Of a stretch of DNA of 64,000 bases, positions 1-13,201 are shown in pieces (the first letter of the stretch is position 1; the number at the start of each line of letters is the position of its first letter). This DNA comes from Eukaryota sp. TZLM1-RC (Eukaryota > Protista > Metamonada: BaSk clade), in NCBI GenBank assembly GCA_040285825.1, contig JAUPSS010000012.1, forward strand, positions 1 to 64,000, given 5' to 3'. A model generated the notes under the pieces. That model was given only the letters and a program-made list of their open reading frames with translations. It did no database searches and had not been told where the DNA came from. A program made the translations under genes and the position numbers.

Positions 1-3000
1 AAATGGCCATGCTGCGGACTGTAACACCACAGTGTTCATATTAGTGTCCCAAAATGGACTTTAAAGATTTGACCAATGATTATAAACTAAACACATTGGT
101 CAATACGAGCTAGGAACTCCATATGAGCCTCAGTAAATCGTATCAAACGATACTCTTACACTTGCAGCGATTGCTTTTATTGGTTTACAGCATTCAGTTT
201 ATTATGCTTTTGATTTTTACTACATTTAATGTTTTAAAATTAATACCTCAATTAATTCAAATATACAAAATCATTTGAAAATGTAATCATGAGTTTGTAC
301 TGATCAAGTAACACATAGCAACATTACTAACACACAATTTCACACAAAAGTTTGATCACAAGTTGATCACATCTAGTATAAAGACTACATGCAACTCATC
401 TAATCATACAATGACCATTCAACCAATCATACCAATGACTAATCAAATGACCATACGGACTTTAACACCACAATTGTTATATTAATTGTCCCAAAATGGA
501 CTTTAAAGATTTGACCAATGATTATACATATGAGCCTCAGTAAATCGTATCAAAACGATACTCTTACACTTACAGCAATTGTTTATTAGTTTACAACATT
601 CAATTGTATACTTTTGATTTTTACTACAATTTAATGTTTAAAAATTAATACACTCAATTAATTCAAATATATACAAAATCATTTGAAAATGTAATCATGA
701 GTTTGTACTGATCAAGTAACACATAGCCAACACAATTTCACACAAAGTTTGATCACAAGTTGATCACATCTAGTACATAAAGACTACATGCAACTCATCT
801 AATCATACCAATGACCATTCAACCAATCATACCAATGACTAATCAAATGACCATAGCACGGACTGTACACCACAATTGTTATATTAATTGTCCCAAAATG
901 GACTTTAAGATTTGACCAATGATTGTAATAAACAACCATTGGTCAATATACGAAACTAGGAACTTCATATGAGCCTCAGTAAATCGTATCAAAACGATAC
1001 TCTTACACTTACAGCAATTGTTTATTAGTTTACAACATTCAATTGTATACTTTTTGATTTTTACTTTTTACAATTTAATGTTTAAAAATTAATACACTCA
1101 ATTAATTCAAATATATACAAAATCATTTGAAAATGTAATCATGAGTTTGTACTGATCAAGTAACACATAGCCAACATTACTAACACAATTTCACAAAGTT
1201 TGATCACAAGTTGATCACATCTAGTACATAAAAGACTACATGCAACTCATCTAATCATACCAATGACCATTCAACCAATCATACCAATGACTAATCAAAT
1301 GACCATAGCACGGACTGTAACACCACAATTGTTATATTAATTGTCCCAAAATGGACTTTAAAGATTTGACCAATGATTGTAATAAACAACCATTGGTCAA
1401 TATACGAAACTAGGAACTTCATATGAGCCTCAGTAAATCGTATCAAAAACGATACTCTTACACTTACAGCAATTGTTTTATTAGTTTACAACATTCAATT
1501 GTATACTTTTTGATTTTTACTTTTTACAATTTAATGTTTAAAAATTAATACACTCAATTAATTCAAATATATACAAAATCATTTGAAAATGTAATCATGA
1601 GTTTGTACTGATCAAGTAACACATAGCCAACATTACTAACACACAATTTCACACAAAGTTTGATCACAAGTTGATCACATCTAGTACATAAAGACTACAT
1701 GCAACTCATCTAATCATACCAATGACCATTCAACCAATCATACCAATGACTAATCAAATGACCATAGCACGGACTGTAACACCACAATTGTTATATTAAT
1801 TGTCCCAAAATGGACTTTAAAGATTTGACCAATGATTGTAATAAACAACCATTGGTCAATATATGAAACTAGGAACTTCATATGAGCCTCAGTAAATCGT
1901 ATCAAAAACGATACTCTTACACTTACAGCAATTGTTTTATTAGTTTACAACATTCAATTGTATACTTTTGATTTTTACTTTTTACAATTTAATGTTTAAA
2001 AATTAATACACTCAATTAATTCAAATATATACAAAATCATTTGAAAATGTAATCATGAGTTTGTACTGATCAAGTAACACATAGCCAACATTACTAACAC
2101 ACAATTTCACACAAAGTTTGATCACAAGTTGATCACATCTAGTACATAAAGACTACATGCAACTCATCTAATCATACCAATGACCATTCAACCAATCATA
2201 CCAATGACTAATCAAATGACCATAGCACGGACTGTAACACCACAATTGTTATATTAATTGTCCCAAAATGGACTTTAAAGATTTGACCAATGATTGTAAT
2301 AAACAACCATTGGTCAATATACGAAACTAGGAACTTCATATGAGCCTCAGTAAATCGTATCAAAAACGATACTCTTACACTTACAGCAATTGTTTTATTA
2401 GTTTACAACATTCAATTGTATACTTTTGATTTTTACTTTTACAATTTAATGTTTAAAAATTAATACACTCAATTAATTCAAATATATACAAAATCATTTG
2501 AAAATGTAATCATGAGTTTGTACTGATCAAGTAACACATAGCCAACATTACTAACACACAATTTCACACAAAGTTTGATCACAAGTTGATCACATCTAGT
2601 ACATAAAGACTACATGCAACTCATCTAATCATACCAATGACCATTCAACCAATCATACCAATGACTACTCAAATGACCATAGCACGGACTTTAACACCAC
2701 AATTGTTATATTAATTGTCCCAAAATGGACTTTAAAGATTTGACCAATGATTGTAATAAACAACCATTGGTCAATATACGAAACTAGGAACTTCATATGA
2801 GCCTCAGTAAATCGTATCAAAACGATACTCTTACACTTACAGCAATGGTTATATTAGTTTGCAACATTCAATTGTATACTTTTTGATTTTTACTTTTTAC
2901 AATTTAATGTTTAAAAATTAATACACTCAATTAATTCAAATATATACAAAATCATTTGAAAATGTAATCATGAGTTTGTACTGATCAAGTAACACATAGC

Positions 3001-4005
3001 CAACATTACTAACACACAATTTCACACAAAGTTTGATCACAAGTTGATCACATCTAGTACATAAGGACTACATGCAACTCATCTAATCATACCAATGACC
3101 ATTCAACCAATCATACCAATGACTAATGACCATAGCAAGGACTTTAACACCAAAATTGTTATATTAATTGTCCCAAAATGGACTTTAAAGATTTGACCAA
3201 TGATTGTAATAAACAACCATTGGTCAATATACGAAACTAGGAACTTCATATGAGCCTCAGTAAATCGTATCAAAAACGATACTCTTACACTTACAGCAAT
3301 GGTTATATTAGTTTGCAACATTCAATTGTATACTTTTTGATTTTTTACTTTTTTTACAATTTAATGTTTAAAAATTAATACACTCAATTAATTCAAATAT
3401 ATACAAAATCATTTGAAAATGTAATCATGAGTTTGTACTGATCAAGTAACACATAGCCAACATTACTAACACACAATTTCACACAAAGTTTGATCACAAG
3501 TTGATCACATCTAGTACATAAAGACTACATGCAACTCATCTAATCATACCAATGACCATTCAACCAATCATACCAATGACTAATGACCATAGCAAGGACT
3601 TTAACACCACAATTGTTATATTAATTGTCCCAAAATGGACTTTAAAGATTTGACCAATGATTGTAATAAACAACCATTGGTCAATATACGAAACTAGGAA
3701 CTTCATATGAGCCTCAGTAAATCGTATCAAAAACGATACTCTTACACTTACAGCAATGGTTATATTAGTTTGCAACATTCAATTGTATACTTTTTGATTT
3801 TTTACTTTTTTTACAATTTAATGTTTAAAAATTAATACACTCAATTAATTCAAATATATACAAAATCATTTGAAAATGTAATCATGAGTTTGTACTGATC
3901 AAGTAACACATAGCCAACATTACTAACACACAATTTCACACAAAGTTTGATCACAAGTTGATCACATCTAGTACATAAAGACTACATGCAACTCATCTAA
4001 TCATA

Positions 4006-4901
4006 AGATTTGAATTTGATGAATTTTGTCACAAATTCCGACTTAGACCTCATCTATTCTACTTTAAATCCACAATTTGTAGGATATGAGTCTATTTGGG
4101 ATAAAGACATAATAATTTCTCAATCAAAATTAACAAAGGAATTTTATAAAAATGAAATGAATTCTCTTCAAAAAACAATGTCTGATATGGAAAAATTACA
4201 ATTAGAAGCTAATTGTTCTGAACTTTCAGGTAGTTTTTTGAATGCATTACCTTTTAATGCAAATTTCACTTTTTCTGATGAATTCATGTCTTATTTTCTG
4301 AATCTTCGATTAATTTTTAATAATTTTTATCATCAGTGTCCCAGATGTGGTTACACAAATCTCGGTTTAGACCATAGTTTTCAATGTAAAGGTGTTTCAC
4401 GATGCATTAAAAACAGACATGATGAAGTTAGAGATTATTTATTAAATATCTCCAAATATGAAAAGGAAAAGGAATTTGAAATTGGTTTAAAAAAATTTTA
4501 TTTAGATTTATTTGATCCCAAAACCAAAATTGCGTTTGATATTACAATAGTTGGTGGTTTTGGAAATAAATGGCAAGATGCTTACTCTCAAGCATTTGCT
4601 ACTAAAATAAGGAAATACAGTATTCTAAAAGAATACAATTTAATTTCAGAAATTGTTCCTTTAGTTTTTAATGTCCATGGGGGTTGGTACAAGAAAACTA
4701 AAGAAACATTTAAACGTTTTGGTTGGATTGAGCTTTGCAGTGAAATTAGTTGTATAATTCAGAAAAATAGTTTTAGATGTAATCAAGCATTTAATTCTAT
4801 TCTTCAAAGAATTCATGAAGCTCGTAGGTTTTGGTAGTTTATGTTTTTTTTATTTACTTTCATAGTTTTTTCGTTCTTTTTCTTTTAGAAATTCAATAAA
4901 G
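4006..4901 (+). mobile_element. 5'-truncated RLE-type (CRE-like) non-LTR retrotransposon, family B, inserted in the satellite
   Basis: ORF 4010-4837 has a CCHC knuckle (CPRC...HSFQC), RHDEVRD, LDL..FDITIV and KIRKY motifs of a restriction-like endonuclease. An 11-bp TSD ATCTAATCATA lies at 3995-4005 and 4902-4912. The element ends ...AAATTCAATAAAG. Confidence 0.9.
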
Positions 4902-7900
4902 ATCTAATCATACCAATGACCATTCAACCAATCATACCAATGACTAATGACCATAGCAAGGACTTTAACACCACAATTGTTATATTAATTGTCCCAAAAT
5001 GGACTTTAAAGATTTGACCAATGATTGTAATAAACAACCATTGGTCAATATACGAAACTAGGAACTTCATATGAGCCTCAGTAAATCGTATCAAAAACGA
5101 TACTCTTACACTTACAGCAATTGTTTTTATTAGTTTACAACATTCAATTGTATACTTTTGATTTTTACTTTTTTACAATTTAATGTTTAAAAATTAATAC
5201 ACTCAATTAATTCAAATATATACAAAATCATTTGAAAATGTAATCATGAGTTTGTACTGATCAAGTAACACATAGCCAACATTACTAACACACAATTTCA
5301 CACAAAGTTTGATCACAAGTTGATCACATCTAGTACATAAAGACTACATGCAACTCATCTAATCATACCAATGACCATTCAACCAATCATACCAATGACT
5401 AATGACCATAGCAAGGACTTTAACACCACAATTGTTATATTAATTGTCCCAAAATGGACTTTAAAGATTTGACCAATGATTGTAATAAACAACCATTGGT
5501 CAATATACGAAACTAGGAACTTCATATGAGCCTCAGTAAATCGTATCAAAAACGATACTCTTACACTTACAGCAATTGTTTTATTAGTTTACAACATTCA
5601 ATTGTATACTTTTTGATTTTTTACTTTTTTTACAATTTAATGTTTAAAAATTAATACACTCAATTAATTCAAATATATACAAAATCATTTGAAAATGTAA
5701 TCATGAGTTTGTACTGATCAAGTAACACATAGCCAACATTACTAACACACAATTTCACACAAAGTTTGATCACAAGTTGATCACATCTAGTACATAAAGA
5801 CTACATGCAACTCATCTAATCATACCAATGACCATTCAACCAATCATACCAATGACTAATGACCATAGCAAGGACTTTAACACCACAATTGTTATATTAA
5901 TTGTCCCAAAATGGACTTTAAAGATTTGACCAATGATTGTAATAAACAACCATTGGTCAATATACGAAACTAGGAACTTCATATGAGCCTCAGTAAATCG
6001 TATCAAAAACGATACTCTTACACTTACAGCAATGGTTATATTAGTTTGCAACATTCAATTGTATACTTTTTGATTTTTTACTTTTTTTACAATTTAATGT
6101 TTAAAAATTAATACACTCAATTAATTCAAATATATACAAAATCATTTGAAAATGTAATCATGAGTTTGTACTGATCAAGTAACACATAGCCAACATTACT
6201 AACACACAATTTCACACAAAGTTTGATCACAAGTTGATCACATCTAGTACATAAGGACTACATGCAACTCATCTAATCATACCAATGACCATTCAACCAA
6301 TCATACCAATGACTAATGACCATAGCAAGGACTTTAACACCACAATTGTTATATTAATTGTCCCAAAATGGACTTTAAAGATTTGACCAATGATTGTAAT
6401 AAACAACCATTGGTCAATATACGAAACTAGGAACTTCATATGAGCCTCAGTAAATCGTATCAAAAACGATACTCTTACACTTACAGCAATTGTTTTATTA
6501 GTTTACAACATTCAATTGTATACTTTTGATTTTTACTTTTTTACAATTTAATGTTTAAAAATTAATACACTCAATTAATTCAAATATATACAAAAATCAT
6601 TTGAAAATGTAATCATGAGTTTGTACTGATCAAGTAACACATAGCCAACATTACTAACACACAATTTCACACAAAGTTTGATCACAAGTTGATCACATCT
6701 AGTACATAAAGACTACATGCAACTCATCTAATCATACCAATGACCATTCAACCAATCATACCAATGACTAATGACCATAGCAAGGACTTTAACACCACAA
6801 TTGTTATATTAATTGTCCCAAAATGGACTTTAAAGATTTGACCAATGATTGTAATAAACAACCATTGGTCAATATACGAAACTAGGAACTTCATATGAGC
6901 CTCAGTAAATCGTATCAAAAACGATACTCTTACACTTACAGCAATTGTTTTATTAGTTTACAACATTCAATTGTATACTTTTTGATTTTTTTACTTTTTT
7001 TACAATTTAATGTTTAAAAATTAATACACTCAATTAATTCAAATATATACAAAATCATTTGAAAATGTAATCATGAGTTTGTACTGATCAAGTAACACAT
7101 AGCCAACATTACTAACACACAATTTCACACAAAGTTTGATCACAAGTTGATCACATCTAGTACATAAAGACTACATGCAACTCATCTAATCATACCAATG
7201 ACCATTCAACCAATCATACCAATGACTAATGACCATAGCAAGGACTTTAACACCACAATTGTTATATTAATTGTCCCAAAATGGACTTTAAGATTTGACC
7301 AATGATTGTAATAAACAACCATTGGTCAATATACGAAACTAGGAACTTCATATGAGCCTCAGTAAATTGTATCAAAAACGATACTCTTACACTTACAGCA
7401 ATGGTTATATTAGTTTGCAACATTCAATTGTATACTTTTTGATTTTTTACTTTTTTTACAATTTAATGTTTAAAAATTAATACACTCAATTAATTCAAAT
7501 ATATACAAAATCATTTGAAAATGTAATCATGAGTTTGTACTGATCAAGTAACACATAGCCAACATTACTAACACACAATTTCACACAAAGTTTGATCACA
7601 AGTTGATCACATCTAGTACATAAGGACTACATGCAACTCATCTAATCATACCAATGACCATTCAACCAATCATACCAATGACTAATGACCATAGCAAGGA
7701 CTTTAACACCACAATTGTTATATTAATTGTCCCAAAATGGACTTTTAAAGATTTGACCAATGATTGTAATAAACAACCATTGGTCAATATACGAAACTAG
7801 GAACTTCATATGAGCCTCAGTAAATCGTATCAAAAACGATACTCTTACACTTACAGCAATGGTTATATTAGTTTGCAACATTCAATTGTATACTTTTTGA

Positions 7901-8867
7901 TTTTTTACTTTTTTTACAATTTAATGTTTAAAAATTAATACACTCAATTAATTCAAATATATACAAAATCATTTGAAAATGTAATCATGAGTTTGTACTG
8001 ATCAAGTAACACATAGCCAACATTACTAACACACAATTTCACACAAAGTTTGATCACAAGTTGATCACATCTAGTACATAAAGACTACATGCAACTCACC
8101 AAATCATACCAATGACCATTCAACCAATCATACCAATGACTACTCAAATGACCATAGCAAGGACTTTAACACCACAATTGTTATATTAATTGTCCCAAAA
8201 TGGACTTTAAAGATTTGACCAATGATTGTAATAAACAACCATTGGTCAATATACGAAACTAGGAACTTCATATGAGCCTCAGTAAATCGTATCAAAAACG
8301 ATACTCTTACACTTACAGCAATGGTTTTTATTAGTTTGCAACGTTCAATTGTATACTTTTTGATTTTTTACTATTTTTACAATTTAATGTTTAAAAATTA
8401 ATACACTCAATTAATTCAAATATATACAAAATCATTTGAAAATGTAATCATGAGTTTGTACTGATCAAGTAACACATAGCCAACATTACTCACACACAAT
8501 TTCACACAAAGTTTGATCACAAGTTGATCACATCTAGTACATAAGGACTACATGCAACTCACCTAATCATACCAATGACCATTCAACCAATCATACCAAT
8601 GACTACTCAAATGACCATAGCACGGACTTTAACACCACAATTGTTATAATAATTGTCCCAAAATGGACTTTAAAGATTTGACCAATGATTGTAATAAACA
8701 ACCATTGGTCAATATACGAAACTAGGAACTTCATATGAGCCTCAGTAAATCGTATCAAAAACGATACTCTTACACTTACAGCAATGGTTTTATTAGTTTG
8801 CAACGTTCAATTGTATACTTTTTGATTTTTTACTATTTTTACAATTTAATGTTTAAAAATTAATAAA

Positions 8868-9694
8868 AATCTTTTTATCAGACATTCAGAACTGTACTAG
8901 TTTAATATCTCAGCAACCAAGGCCATTTGGTCTTCACTTAACAAATGACGCTTGGAAACAAAACATGCGGTTGAGATTAGGGATGTATCCAAGTGGTCTT
9001 TTGGACAATTCTTATTGTATTTGCAACAAAAAACCTACTGCCAATTTTCGTCATATTGTGAGCTGTAAGAAATTTCTCCAATATAGGTCAGTTCTTCATA
9101 ATGCCGTTCGTGATGTGACATATGAGATGTTCAAGTGTTACAATTTTAGTTGCAAAGTAGAACCCTTGTTGAAGCATTATAGTGATGATAATCTTTTTAA
9201 TTCACGTCGAGGTGATTTAATTGCTCCTTTTGTGGATTCCTCTCAAGTTGTTGTTGATTTCACTACAGTTGATCCCTTTGCTTTTGTTTATCGCGATGAT
9301 GTTTTACTTAGTGCTAATGGTCATTTGAACAAGGCTGAAGATCGTAAGAGAGATAAATATACTGAGATATTAAATGATTTAAATAAGAACCTTTATTCGA
9401 AGTTTTCGTTTGTTCCTTTTGCCTTTTCGATTTTTGGCAACATTGGACAATCCGCCTTGAATTTCATCAATGATTTTGGTAATTTATTTCGTTCAAGTGG
9501 TAAGAATTTTGCAGAGAATTTATGGAAAAATCGTATCATTTTCGCTTTGTACAGAAGTGTTCCCAAGTACTTGAGTTTAATGATGTCTAAACTTTATAAG
9601 GATTCATCAAGAGTTGGCGTGGAGAATTTGATTTCTTATGTGTTTTAGTTTGTTTTGTTTTTATTTGATTCTTTATATAAATAAATAAATAAAT
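8868..9694 (+). mobile_element. 5'-truncated CRE-like non-LTR retrotransposon, family C, inserted in the last satellite unit
   Basis: ORF 8965-9648 has CIC..HIVSC, LHNAVRD, RGDLI, VVDFT and KRDKY. A (TAAA)n tail lies at ~9678-9694. TSD AAAATTAATAAA at 8856-8867 and 9695-9706; the satellite resumes in register afterwards. Confidence 0.88.
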
Positions 9695-10209
9695 AAAATT
9701 AATAAACTCAATTAATTCAAATATATACAAAATCAATTGAAAATGTAATCATGAGTTTGTACTGATCAAGTAACACATAGCCAACATTACTAACACACAA
9801 TTTGATACAAAATTTGATCACAAGTTGATCGTGTATTTATGGGAATTTGTCAATAAAAATCATTAAAATTATTTCAAAATCGAACATACAATTCTATTTT
9901 GACAATTTTCAGGAGTGAGTATTCTTTCAATTCCTACCTTCACATCTGGAGTACACAGAAATCTTCAAGGAATGACAAGGCAGCCTTAACTAAAGAAAAC
10001 AAAAGAAAGTGCCATTATATCGAACCATTATGAAGAGGGTGTGCTTCTACACAAAGAAAGAACAGAGAAACAGATGGTTTTACAAGAAATTTAGATTAAA
10101 TGCAATAGAATACTTTTTATTATTGTCCACTTGTCCATTTTATTAATAAAAATAATTAAAAATAGAAATACAGTAATGGTTCATTAATCAAGATGAGTTC
10201 ATTGGGAAC

Positions 10210-10533
10210 CTATTGAAACATCAGTTCCTTCCTCCTAAGTACAGATGTCAGCCATTCCGGGTTGAAGCCATTGTTGGTATCTCTAAGATGTGACTCGTCT
10301 TCTATTTTGTACAGAATATCAAAACCGGAAAGCCTATCAACGTATATTGTGAAATTGACATAAACACGAAAGCTCGGAACAGGATGAGCAGCAGAACGGG
10401 AGAAAAAGCTAACGCTGAATTGAGTAGAATCGTCATTGTTGGTGTGGGATTCGATATCGAAGAAGAGGTCACTTTTCTGTGCCCAAGAAGAACAGATGTT
10501 AGACAGTGCTTCATGTGGTGTGGAAGGATTCAT
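10210..10533 (-). CDS. AKAP14/AKAP28-like axonemal protein (107 aa)
   Basis: The pattern 'HPVPSFRVYVNFTI...ILYKIEDESH...FNPEWLTSVLRRK' resembles the AKAP28 family as recalled; ATG start, intact ORF. Confidence 0.5.
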   Translation of the reverse strand: MNPSTPHEALSNICSSWAQKSDLFFDIESHTNNDDSTQFSVSFFSRSAAHPVPSFRVYVNFTIYVDRLSGFDILYKIEDESHLRDTNNGFNPEWLTSVLRRKELMFQ

Positions 10534-10589
10534 GAGTGAAAGACTACACTAATGGTAATATGGTTAGATGATAAGTCAGATTATAATAT

Positions 10590-11066
10590 ATAAGTAAGCT
10601 TATCTTCACAAGCAAAATACTGAAAGTTGGTTGTTAAAAAACCTTGTTCAAAAAATTGGCAATCCAAAAGGACACTTTGACTCTAATTGGTGTTAATGGT
10701 AAAAACGGTTCCAAGAATTTAAATCATCAACCTACTAGAGGAATTGGATGGATTCAGTTTCTGAAAAGAAATGGTTTTGAAGTATTGATGGTCAATGAAG
10801 CATTGACTTCAGCAAAATGTCCTGTTTGTTTTCAAACAGTTGGTGCGTTTTTAAGAGTCAACAATCCCAGATTTAATCAGAGCGAAAAAAATCCCGTCAC
10901 TACATGCCAAGGTCTATCAGCTTGCAATAATGATAATTGTAAATCCAGTGACAACGGTGGAAGAAAGCTATTTAATAGAAATAAGTTGGTATGTCTGAAT
11001 ATGTTTGCGATTGCTGAAGCGAGGATGAGAGGTAATGAAAGGCTATTTTATTTGAGTAGAAGTTAG
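10590..11066 (+). pseudogene. Fanzor1 (TnpB-like) C-terminal fragment
   Basis: Motifs PTRGIGW..FLKRNGFEVLMVNEALTS (RuvC-II), CPVC..C..C zinc ligands, LFNRNKLVCLNM (RuvC-III with D->N) and ERLFYLSR terminus. A frameshifted upstream segment AYLHKQNTESWLLKNL fits the bridge helix. Confidence 0.8.
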
Positions 11067-11755
11067 TTTTTGTAATTACTCCGCACGAAATTAGATCGTA
11101 TAAATATGAAAAATTTCCCACGCATTCAAATTCAATAAAACCAAAAAAATGAAATACAGACAAGTTTTTTCTTGTTCTTCTAATTTTTGTTCAGTAGTTG
11201 TACTTATGGTTTTGATTTGTAATTTTAATGAATAAATGACATTTAAATAGTAATATTATTATTTATTGGAAAACAAAGATACAAAAACAAATAGTAGAAA
11301 TTTTGAATAGACAATTCAAGATTATTAATACTAGCAAAATGAATAATGGACAAGTTTCCTCTACAAGCTTTCTCTACAGAACAATCAGTTTATCGTTTTG
11401 ATTTTTAACTAAATCATTGTTGTCAATTTTGAAGGTTTAGGGATAATAATTGAATATAGATTTGATTTAATTAGACTAAATAAATATTTTGTTTTTAATG
11501 AAATCAAGTTGAATACCAATTGGGATGGAGCGCTAGTGCACAGGCCCGTTCACATGGCTGTCAATGAAGCACTTTTTTTCAAAACAACAAATGCAAAGGC
11601 ATTAATGTATGAGAACAAGATCCAAAAAACTGATATTATAATTGTAACATTCAAATTCAAATCTATCTTCTCTGCAGCTATATTTTTGCTATATTTTTGA
11701 TATCCTTTCAACGTCAGCACAGTCAACACTCAGTTTTTGCTGATTCTAGTTGCAA

Positions 11756-13201
11756 ATGACTATCTCCCAACAGCCTACTTGTGATAAATCATCTATAGAG
11801 CTAGTTGATTCCAGCAAACCACCTCAATTAGACCCTTTACAAAAGGTTCATATGCAAGATTTTAAACAACTTCTATCTGTGTCATTTCCCTCTGTTTGCT
11901 ATATCTTTCTCACAATGTTGCTGAACTCTGTCGATGCCATCATGGTGGGAAGAGCTTATGGAAATCAACTTTCTGCTGTTACCATAGGCTCCAGTATCAC
12001 CTACCTCACTTTATTCATACCAGTATCATCCACTGTGGCTTTGGATGCTCTCAACACTCAGGCTATTGGAGCGGGATCTCCAAAGAAAGTTGGTATTTAC
12101 ACTCAAATAGGAACTTTAGTGGCTTTAATTCTTTCTATAATTCCAATATTTATTTGGTTTTTTTCCAAACATGTTCTCAGTCTCTTACGGTTCAGTGATT
12201 ATTTGGTTCAAAACAGTTCTGAGTATATGTCTATCCAAACCTTTAGCATATTGTTCTTTGTTTTATTTACACTTTTTGGACCGAAAACCCTTGAATGTCA
12301 AGGTATTATTCTGCCTCAAGTTGTTATTATGGTTATCACCAACATTTTCAATATTATTACTAATTATATATTTATCTTCAGGCTCGACATGGGCCTTCGA
12401 GGTGCAGGTCTTTCTACCGCCTTATCAAGAGTTTGGCCTTTCTGTTTTCTTTTAATTTACCACAAATATACTACTCATTTTAACAACATATGGACACCTT
12501 TTGATAAAAAGTACTTCAAGTGGAAAGAAATACGTATGTATTTGCAAATATCACTACCAGGCATGACATTTCAGGTGCTTGATAATGCAGCTTTCACACT
12601 TTGGGCGATATTTGCTGGTTATCTGGGAACCTTAGAAGCATCTGCACATAGTGTTTTGTTTTCTACCATTTCTCTCTCTTATTCCATATGTGTTGGACTC
12701 GGTATAGCATCCTCAATTCGTGTTGGAAGGTTGGTAGGTGCAGGGGAGGCGAAAAGGGCCAAAATGACAGGTTACATGTCTGTTGGTCTTTCTCTAGCGG
12801 TCATGTCGTTCTCGTCTGTAGTTCTCATTAGTTTCAGGCATTATGTGCCAACGTGGTTCACCAGTGATGAAGCCATCATTGAAGTGGCCATTCCGTTATT
12901 CTTTCCTGCTGCCTTCTTCCAGCTCTCTGATGGAGTACAAACAGTAAGTGCTGGTATTATTCGTGGTCTTGGTAAGAACAAAGCAGCTGCAGTCATTGTA
13001 CTCTTCACATACTATGGAATCTCAATGCCTTTGACTTATCTACTGGCATTCCGTTTAGAGATGTCTATATTCGGAATGTGGGTAGCGATTGCTATTGCGC
13101 TTTCTTGTGCTGCAATTTGCTTGTTCTGCTTGGTTTTGTTCACAAACTGGCAAAAAGAAGCAGATCGTTCAAGGGAGAGACTTTGTGAAGTAGAGGTTTA
13201 G
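11756..13201 (+). CDS. MATE family multidrug/toxin efflux transporter
   Basis: About 12 hydrophobic segments; motifs ALDALNTQAIGAG, ASSIRVGRLVGAG and FQLSDGVQTVSAGIIRGLGK. First ATG at 11756. Confidence 0.93.
   Translation: MTISQQPTCDKSSIELVDSSKPPQLDPLQKVHMQDFKQLLSVSFPSVCYIFLTMLLNSVDAIMVGRAYGNQLSAVTIGSSITYLTLFIPVSSTVALDALNTQAIGAGSPKKVGIYTQIGTLVALILSIIPIFIWFFSKHVLSLLRFSDYLVQNSSEYMSIQTFSILFFVLFTLFGPKTLECQGIILPQVVIMVITNIFNIITNYIFIFRLDMGLRGAGLSTALSRVWPFCFLLIYHKYTTHFNNIWTPFDKKYFKWKEIRMYLQISLPGMTFQVLDNAAFTLWAIFAGYLGTLEASAHSVLFSTISLSYSICVGLGIASSIRVGRLVGAGEAKRAKMTGYMSVGLSLAVMSFSSVVLISFRHYVPTWFTSDEAIIEVAIPLFFPAAFFQLSDGVQTVSAGIIRGLGKNKAAAVIVLFTYYGISMPLTYLLAFRLEMSIFGMWVAIAIALSCAAICLFCLVLFTNWQKEADRSRERLCEVEV

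Larger units (their letters stand above)
1..9830. repeat. Tandem satellite array, ~457-bp unit, roughly 17-18 copies, running off the left edge of the window
   Basis: The unit recurs with a 457-bp period (equivalent positions 3103 and 3560). The array is interrupted at 4006-4901 and 8868-9694; the last partial unit ends at ~9830 (CAAGTTGATC). Confidence 0.97.

Noticed and set aside
3103-8803. Repeated 66-72 aa minus-strand ORFs in the satellite
   Set aside because: They start at TTG, are open in only some units and have no recognisable motif; by-products of the repeat.
1-9830. Satellite as a CRISPR array, 5S rRNA array or SL-RNA array
   Set aside because: There are no unique spacers or cas genes. 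The resemblance of ATGACCATAGCA to a 5S 5' end is only a few bases, and I could not identify Pol III boxes or a convincing SL/Sm structure. An Infernal/Rfam scan would settle it.
11127-11139. CAAATTCAATAAA after the Fanzor fragment as evidence of CRE-mediated retroposition
   Set aside because: No TSD and no further 3'UTR similarity; probably just a poly(A) signal.
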